Origin: Eubacteriales bacterium
Lineage (GTDB): Bacteria; Bacillota; Clostridia; Oscillospirales; Oscillospiraceae
Direction: 5' to 3'
Length of the DNA stretch: 64,000 nucleotides
Assembly (NCBI GenBank): GCA_030531595.1
Contig: JAUNND010000002.1
Location: 2,097 to 66,096, forward strand
Shown here: positions 58,768 through 64,000 of the stretch, piece by piece
Layout of the letters: each line of letters begins with the position of its first letter
How positions within the stretch are numbered: position 1 is the stretch's first letter
Translations under genes and position numbers: made by a program
The notes under the pieces: model-generated
What the model was told of the DNA's origin: nothing
What the model saw: only the letters and a program-made list of their open reading frames with translations
Database searches by the model: none

Positions 58768-59994
58768 TCACATTGATCTGAGAATACGGTCTATCCTGTC
58801 GGCGCACTCAACAGCGTCCTGTTCCTTCCAGCCCTTTGTGGTCATGGCGGCAGTGCCTATTCTGACACCGCTCGTCTGCATCGGAGAGCGTTTTTCGTTG
58901 GGAACGCAGTTTTTATTCAGAGTGATGAAATGCTTGTCCAGCTCATCCTGAACGGCCTTGCCGCTGAGGTTAGGATGAGTGCGTGTAAAGTCGATCATGA
59001 AGAGATGGTTGTCCGTGCCTCCCGTTACGACCTCATACCCGAGCTCGATAAATCTGTCTGCCATTGCTCTGGTATTCAAAACGACCTGATGGATATAAGC
59101 TCTGTATTCCTCCGTGCATGCCTCTCTTGCCGCGACGGCCTTGCCGGCGATAATATGGAGCAGAGGTCCGCCCTGAGAGTACGGGAAGATCGCGCTGTCG
59201 ACCTTTTTTGCAAGCTCGGGTCTTGAGAAGATAAGACCGCCGCGGGGACCGCGCAGGGTCTTGTGACAGGTAGTGGTCACAATGTCGGCAAGACCGAATG
59301 GCGTCGGATGCTCACCGGTGATCACTAGACCGGCAATATGTGCCATATCTACCATAAAATAAGGCTTGTATTCATCGGTTGACAGAGAGTCAATAATTCC
59401 TCTGATCCTGGCGAAGTCGATTACTCTGCTGTACGCACTGGCGCCCGCTACGACGAGAGCCGGATGAAACTCTTTTATTTTCGCCTCGATATCGCCGTAG
59501 TCGATAAAGCCTCTGTCATCTACCGTATAGTGAACGGCGTTGTAAATGTTGCCGGAAAAGTTCACGGGACTTCCGTGTGTAAGATGTCCGCCCTGCTCAA
59601 GGTTCATGGCGAGGATCGTGTCGCCCGGGGTAAGGACGGAGGCAAAGGCGGCGCTGTTGGCCTGACTTCCGGAATGGGGCTGAACATTGCAGTGGTAGTC
59701 GGTATGGAAGGCTTTTCTGCACCAGTACATCGCTTCAAGCTCCACCATGTCAACATTTTCGCAGCCGCCGTAATAACGTCCGGTCTTGCCGTAATGGACA
59801 TAGTCGGGATGGGTAAGGCAGAATTTTTCGATAGAAGCCTTTGAGGGATACCCTTCCGCATATTTGTTCGTGAGGCATGAACCGACCGCCTTTTTCACAT
59901 CCTCGGAGACAAAGTTTTCACTGGCGATCAGCTCGATATTTTTTTCCTGTCTTTTGCCTTCTTCTTCAATATAGGTAAATACATTGTTTTCCAT
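58768..59994 (-). CDS. glyA: Serine hydroxymethyltransferase (variant with an insertion of about 20 aa)
   Basis: It has LIASENF, TNKYAEGYP...RYYGGCE, VQPHSGSQAN, and the PLP lysine in TTTCHKTLRGPRGG. The start is either ATG 59994 (GAGGAA SD) or ATG 60009 (ATGA overlap with the queA stop). Confidence 0.88.
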   Translation of the reverse strand: MENNVFTYIEEEGKRQEKNIELIASENFVSEDVKKAVGSCLTNKYAEGYPSKASIEKFCLTHPDYVHYGKTGRYYGGCENVDMVELEAMYWCRKAFHTDYHCNVQPHSGSQANSAAFASVLTPGDTILAMNLEQGGHLTHGSPVNFSGNIYNAVHYTVDDRGFIDYGDIEAKIKEFHPALVVAGASAYSRVIDFARIRGIIDSLSTDEYKPYFMVDMAHIAGLVITGEHPTPFGLADIVTTTCHKTLRGPRGGLIFSRPELAKKVDSAIFPYSQGGPLLHIIAGKAVAAREACTEEYRAYIHQVVLNTRAMADRFIELGYEVVTGGTDNHLFMIDFTRTHPNLSGKAVQDELDKHFITLNKNCVPNEKRSPMQTSGVRIGTAAMTTKGWKEQDAVECADRIDRILRSM

Positions 59995-60005
59995 TTCATA
60001 ATTCC

Positions 60006-61028
60006 TCATTTAATAAACATAGCATCTCCAAAGGAGAAGAAACGGTACTTGTTCTCGACAGCTGTCTTATAGGCATTGAGCACGTTTTCTCTGCCCGCAA
60101 GAGCCGAGACAAGCATGATGAGCGTACTCTCGGGCAGGTGAAAATTCGTAACGAGCGCATCGATGCACTTGAATGTATATCCCGGATAGATGAAAATATT
60201 TGTCCAGCCGGAGGATGCGTCGAGCGTACCGTCAGCGTTTGCAAAGCTTTCAAGCGTTCTGCATGAGGTCGTGCCTACCGCAATGATTCTGCCGCCGTTT
60301 TTCTTTGTTTCGGTAACCGTCCTTGCGGTCTCCTCGGGGACGATGCAGAATTCCGAGTGCATCTCGTGATCTTCTATCTCATCCTCTTTTACGGGTCTGA
60401 ATGTGCCGAGACCCACATGGAGAGTCACATAGCAGACCTTAACACCTTTTGCCTTTATCTTTTCAAGCAGCTCAAAGGTGAAATGCAGTCCCGCCGTGGG
60501 TGCCGCCGCGCTTCCGAGCTCTTTTGAATAGACCGTCTGGTATCTCTCCGAATCCTTCAGCTCCTCTTTTATATACGGTGGGAGAGGCATTTTGCCGAGG
60601 CGTTCAAGCACCTCAAGGAATATACCCTCATAGTGGAAGCGGACTATTCTGTTGCCGCCCTCGCATACGCTTTCGACTGTTGCCGTAAGCTCACCGTCTC
60701 CGAAAGTAAGCTCTGTTCCTGGCTTTGTTTTCCGTCCCGGGCGGCTGAGACATTCCCAGCAGCCATTCCCGAGGTCGCGCAGCAGAACAAGCTCCACAGC
60801 ACCTCCCGAAGCTCTGCTGCCGATCAGTCTTGCGGGCAGTACACGGGAATTATTCAACACAAGACAGTCTCCCGGAAGCAGAGATTCCGGCAGCTCATAA
60901 AAATGCCTGTGCTCAATTTCGCCCGTATTCTTATCCAGATGCATAAGACGCGAACCGTCGCGCCTTTCAAGGGGGGTCTGAGCAATAAGTTCTTCCGGCA
61001 GATCAAAATAAAAATCAGCTTTTCTCAT
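60006..61028 (-). CDS. queA: S-adenosylmethionine:tRNA ribosyltransferase-isomerase
   Basis: A 340-aa ORF. The motifs [28 protein letters not shown] and GTT(S/T)xR are typical of QueA. Confidence 0.93.
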   Translation of the reverse strand: MRKADFYFDLPEELIAQTPLERRDGSRLMHLDKNTGEIEHRHFYELPESLLPGDCLVLNNSRVLPARLIGSRASGGAVELVLLRDLGNGCWECLSRPGRKTKPGTELTFGDGELTATVESVCEGGNRIVRFHYEGIFLEVLERLGKMPLPPYIKEELKDSERYQTVYSKELGSAAAPTAGLHFTFELLEKIKAKGVKVCYVTLHVGLGTFRPVKEDEIEDHEMHSEFCIVPEETARTVTETKKNGGRIIAVGTTSCRTLESFANADGTLDASSGWTNIFIYPGYTFKCIDALVTNFHLPESTLIMLVSALAGRENVLNAYKTAVENKYRFFSFGDAMFIK

Positions 61029-61168
61029 CTGTATATCTCCGAAAATGTTTATTGAACTTTGTAAGTATATCAGAAAGGAAAAGAAATTTCAATCGTCAGG
61101 TATATTAATTGTCAGGCATCGAATATAAATGACTTTGTACATTATTTTGTATATCCGGAGGGTATTAT

Positions 61169-62065
61169 ATGCTCAAATCACCTGTATTCAAAGGCTCCTG
61201 CACTGCACTTGTGACTCCGTTTACGGACGGCGGCACAGTCGATTACAAGCGTCTCAGGGATAATCTGGAATTTCAGTATGAAAACGGTACCTCTGCCGTT
61301 GTTATCTGCGGCACGACCGGAGAAAACGCCTCTCTTTCATCTAATGAGTTTGAGGAGCTTATCAGATTTACAGTAAGGGAAACCAACGGAAGAATGAAGG
61401 TCATCGCGGGTGTGGGGAGCAACAACACTCTCACCGCACTGAAAAAGGCCGAGAGTGCAAAATTCATCGGCGCGGATGCTATGCTGATGGTGACACCGTA
61501 TTATAACAAGACTACACAGAAAGGACTCATTGAGCACTTTTCCTATGTGGCCGACAGGGTGGAACTGCCGATGATCCTTTACAATGTACCGTCAAGAACC
61601 GGAATGACAATAAAGCCGGAGACATACAAAGCTCTTTCCGCTCATCCGAACATAGTCGGTGTAAAAGAGGCTTCCGGAGACATTTCTCTTATTGCGCAGA
61701 TCGCGGCCATGTGCGGAAACGATCTGTATATATGGAGCGGGAACGACGATAATACGGTAGCAATGATGGCTCTGGGGGCGCTTGGAGTAATATCCGTCGC
61801 CTCAAACATAGTCCCGGGTGCCGTGGCAAAGCTCTGTCAGAACTGTCTTGAAGGGAAATTCGGCGAGGCAAATGAACTGTATACAAAATACGCCTCTCTT
61901 TTCTCAGCACTTTTTGTTGAGACAAATCCGATCCCCGTTAAAACGGCCATGAAGCTTTTAGGCACCGATACAGGTGCTCTGAGACTGCCGCTGACATCAA
62001 TGAGTGAAGAAAACTACAATTATCTGCGCAGAGTCATGAGTGAAGCCGGTCTTAGTATTTTCTGA
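61169..62065 (+). CDS. dapA: 4-hydroxy-tetrahydrodipicolinate synthase
   Basis: A 298-aa ORF with GTTGE, YNVPSRTG, and the Schiff-base lysine in GVKEASG. Confidence 0.92.
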   Translation: MLKSPVFKGSCTALVTPFTDGGTVDYKRLRDNLEFQYENGTSAVVICGTTGENASLSSNEFEELIRFTVRETNGRMKVIAGVGSNNTLTALKKAESAKFIGADAMLMVTPYYNKTTQKGLIEHFSYVADRVELPMILYNVPSRTGMTIKPETYKALSAHPNIVGVKEASGDISLIAQIAAMCGNDLYIWSGNDDNTVAMMALGALGVISVASNIVPGAVAKLCQNCLEGKFGEANELYTKYASLFSALFVETNPIPVKTAMKLLGTDTGALRLPLTSMSEENYNYLRRVMSEAGLSIF

Positions 62066-62103
62066 AAAAACAGCCTGTGCCAATTCGGCACAGGCTGAAA
62101 AAT
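62065..62103. terminator. Bidirectional terminator
   Basis: CAGCCTGTGCC-AATTC-GGCACAGGCTG flanked by A- and T-runs between convergent genes. Confidence 0.75.
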
Positions 62104-63290
62104 TATTTTGCCATAACTTCTGAAATTGCCTCTGAAAGAAGCTTTATGCCCTTATCCATCTGCTCATCCGAGCTGTTGGAGTAGTTAAGCCTCATTGTGC
62201 GTACGCCGCGCTCGTCCTCATAGAACGGGTCGCCGGCACAGACCGCAACACCTTTTTTGATTGCCTCCGCCTGAACGTCAACAGCCTTCACGCCCTCGGG
62301 AAGTGTCGCCCAGATGAACATACCGCCCTCGGGCTTTGTATAACTTACGCCTTCGGGGAAATACTTAGCCATGCAGGACATCATGTATTCCGCCTTCTGC
62401 TTATACAGCACTTTTGTCTTTTCGATATGCTCGTCAAGGTCGTTCTCGCTTAAATACTGGGTAAGAACCATCTGGCAGAAGATGTTGGTATGCAGGTCCA
62501 TGGTGGACTTGTAGTTAAGCAGCTTTTCGAAAATGTCCTTCTGCTTGCAGACTATCCAGCCGATACGCATACCGGGAGAGACGATCTTGGAGAAGGTGCC
62601 CAGCAGACAGCACTGCTCGCCTAAGTACCACGCAAAGGAATGACCCTCCTTACCGGAGAAGCGAAGCTCACCGTAGGGGTTGTCCTCAAGAACCATGACA
62701 TTTGAGCCCTTGAATACCTCGGCTGCCTTTGCACGGACTTCCTCGGTATAAGTAAGACCGGTGGGATTCTGGAAGTTGGGGATGAGATAGATAAACTGCG
62801 GCTTCTGTGCGACCGCTGCCTTGAGCTGCTCGACATCGATACCGTCATCATTGAGGTCAACGGAGAGAACGACCGGATCATACAGGTGGAAGGTCTGGAG
62901 CGCAACGAGATATGTGGGCTTTTCCATGATTATCTTGTCACCGGGATCGAGCATAACGGCGGCGAACATATCAAGAGCCTGCTGTGAGCCGTTGGTGATG
63001 ATTATCTCTGAGGGGTCTACCTCGATATCCATCTTCTTATAACGCTCCGCAATATACTTTCTCAGCGGCAGATAGCCCTGGGTGCCGCTGTACTGAAGAG
63101 CCTGCACGCCTGATGCCTTGAGTACCTTGTCGGCTGCATCGTCCATGGCGTGTACGGGGAAGGATACGGGATTGGGCAATCCGCCGGCAAAGGAGATCAA
63201 CGTGGGGTCCGCGGCTGCTTTAAGGATGCCTGCGGTAAATTCTCCCTGAAAGTCAGGCTTGCTCATTCTTTTTGATATTTTTATATTCAT
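62103..63290 (-). CDS. PLP-dependent aminotransferase (class I/II fold, 2-aminoadipate/aromatic transaminase-like)
   Basis: A 395-aa ORF with the PLP lysine region SFSKIVSPGMRIGW and NPTG. Confidence 0.8.
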   Translation of the reverse strand: MNIKISKRMSKPDFQGEFTAGILKAAADPTLISFAGGLPNPVSFPVHAMDDAADKVLKASGVQALQYSGTQGYLPLRKYIAERYKKMDIEVDPSEIIITNGSQQALDMFAAVMLDPGDKIIMEKPTYLVALQTFHLYDPVVLSVDLNDDGIDVEQLKAAVAQKPQFIYLIPNFQNPTGLTYTEEVRAKAAEVFKGSNVMVLEDNPYGELRFSGKEGHSFAWYLGEQCCLLGTFSKIVSPGMRIGWIVCKQKDIFEKLLNYKSTMDLHTNIFCQMVLTQYLSENDLDEHIEKTKVLYKQKAEYMMSCMAKYFPEGVSYTKPEGGMFIWATLPEGVKAVDVQAEAIKKGVAVCAGDPFYEDERGVRTMRLNYSNSSDEQMDKGIKLLSEAISEVMAK

Positions 63291-63469
63291 CTGTATACAT
63301 CCTTTCCGATGAGTAATATTATACTCAAATTTATGAAGTCATTTTGCACTTTTTATGTCGATTTGTCAAGCAATTTTTGAATAAATATCCTCAATATTCA
63401 TCATATATGAATTCAAACAGTCTCTCCGGTTTTTCTGATGCGGTTTTGTCTGAGATTTTCAGGAAGTGA

Positions 63470-63656
63470 ATGTATATTTCTTTTCTCGTACCTGTCCTTG
63501 CGGGTTCCTTTCAGCCGGAGACAGTCACCGGCGGGATTTGCGTTGTGAGAAGCATAGTAATGCCCGAAGCAGCGCATTGACGGAACGGCGGCGTTGCTTG
63601 ATTGCTATGTCGGGCTATACGAACACTATAACGAATATACGGGGGCGATACAATGA
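63470..63656 (+). pseudogene. Possible frameshifted remnant of a phage head-tail connector gene
   Basis: Two overlapping frames are involved. One runs 63470-63580 (...SIVMPEAAH-stop). The other runs 63561-63656 (...RIDGTAALLDCYVGLYEHYNEYTGAIQ-stop). The second stop overlaps the next ATG (ATGA). Multiple stops lie upstream. Resemblance to connector C-termini is weak. Confidence 0.25.
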
Positions 63657-64000
63657 AGCTGAAAGACAAGAAAATTGAAATATTGCGGCAGATAACGACC
63701 CGCGACGAACACGGGTTCGGCACGACAACGCTTGATACTATTAACTGATTAAAAATAGACATTTTTAATCAGTTCTTTTGAAGCATTCAAGAGCCGCGCT
63801 ATGCGCGGTTAATGCTTCAAAAGGCGTCTCATACGAAAACTACGCCGCTGCGGCGGCTATTAAAACAAGCCACTTTGTGTCTTGTTTTAATCAGTTTTCA
63901 GTATGAACCCATTTCTGCCCCGGTATGGGCGTATTTCCGGCAGTTATCCGGCAAGGAAGTATTCGCGGCGGCTACCACCAATTACAAGGAAGAAGTCCTG
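63653..64000 (+). pseudogene. Phage head-tail adaptor (head-tail joining family) gene interrupted by the 63743-63906 element; runs off the right edge
   Basis: A GGGGG SD precedes ATG 63653, which gives MKLKDKKIEILRQITTRDEHGFGTTTLDTIN-stop (TGA 63746). The same frame resumes as ...QYEPISAPVWAYFRQLSGKEVFAAATTNYKEEVL, the typical WA...SG.E...A pattern of this family. Confidence 0.6.
63743..63906 (+). mobile_element. MITE-like hairpin-rich insertion, same family as 46096-46279
   Basis: It has 12-nt perfect terminal inverted repeats, AACTGATTAAAA (63743-63754) and TTTTAATCAGTT (63885-63896), flanked by TT on both sides. It contains a 14-bp perfect hairpin at 63743-63774 and a nested hairpin at 63775-63823. 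A three-way-junction module lies at 63829-63906. Confidence 0.55.

Noticed and set aside
63743-63896. The insert as an integron attC site.
   Set aside because: There are no RYYYAAC/GTTRRRY cores at the ends. There is no IntI-type integrase or attI/cassette array nearby.
63743-63901. The phage-gene insert as a self-splicing group I intron. The exon would end in U at 63742, the insert would end in G at 63901, and the 159-nt length keeps the frame.
   Set aside because: At about 159 nt it is shorter than known group I introns. I cannot find P3-P8/P7 core pairings or a G-binding site. A homologous copy also sits in an intergenic region (46.1 kb) where splicing makes no sense. RT-PCR would settle it.
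46096-63906. The two homologous elements as attL/attR of a 17.8-kb integrated element.
   Set aside because: They are in direct orientation, but the interval contains core genes (radA, spoIVA, ruvCAB, xerD, tgt, queA, glyA, dapA) and no mobility or cargo genes. Excision would be lethal.
1-64000. CRISPR arrays, rRNA or tRNA genes, IS transposases, toxin-antitoxin pairs or known defence systems.
   Set aside because: I found no regularly spaced direct repeats, no cloverleaf-compatible intergenic sequence other than the tmRNA, and no transposase-like or defence-like ORFs in any frame of the track.

Overview
This is a chromosomal segment, roughly 50% GC by eye, from a Clostridia genome that carries sporulation genes (spoIVA, cwlD-like) and a dockerin protein. 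That combination suggests a Ruminococcus/Oscillospiraceae-like organism, which is an inference. I support about 60 protein genes, and most are housekeeping. They include rpoB-rpoC, pckA, ansA, the smpB-ppiB-ssrA (tmRNA) cluster, radA, spoIVA, trmK-nif3, ruvCAB, xerD, queA-glyA-tgt-yajC and dapA. Accessory blocks include a TetR/hydrolase/GNAT cluster and a MacB/FtsX-type ABC pair with a fused tail. There is also a GT39-GT2-GtrA-LCP glycosylation module, a pfkB-araD-lyxose isomerase operon, and a CrtI-like/FNR-like redox pair. I saw no rRNA, tRNA or CRISPR array.

The signal I rate highest is a family of hairpin-rich structured elements that the gene list does not explain. One copy (63743-63906) splits a phage head-tail adaptor gene so that both halves stay in one reading frame. 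A 1.5-copy version (46096-46279) begins 7 nt after the stop codon of a Xer-like tyrosine recombinase. The two copies share an identical 11-mer and a three-way-junction fold. Where the stems differ in sequence, the differences are compensated by matching changes on the paired strand. The same recombinase gene is preceded by a 34-bp site with 13-8-13 architecture and 25/34 identity to loxP, overlapping its own -35 box.

All calls come from reading the sequence and the ORF track. No database search, folding program or statistics were run.
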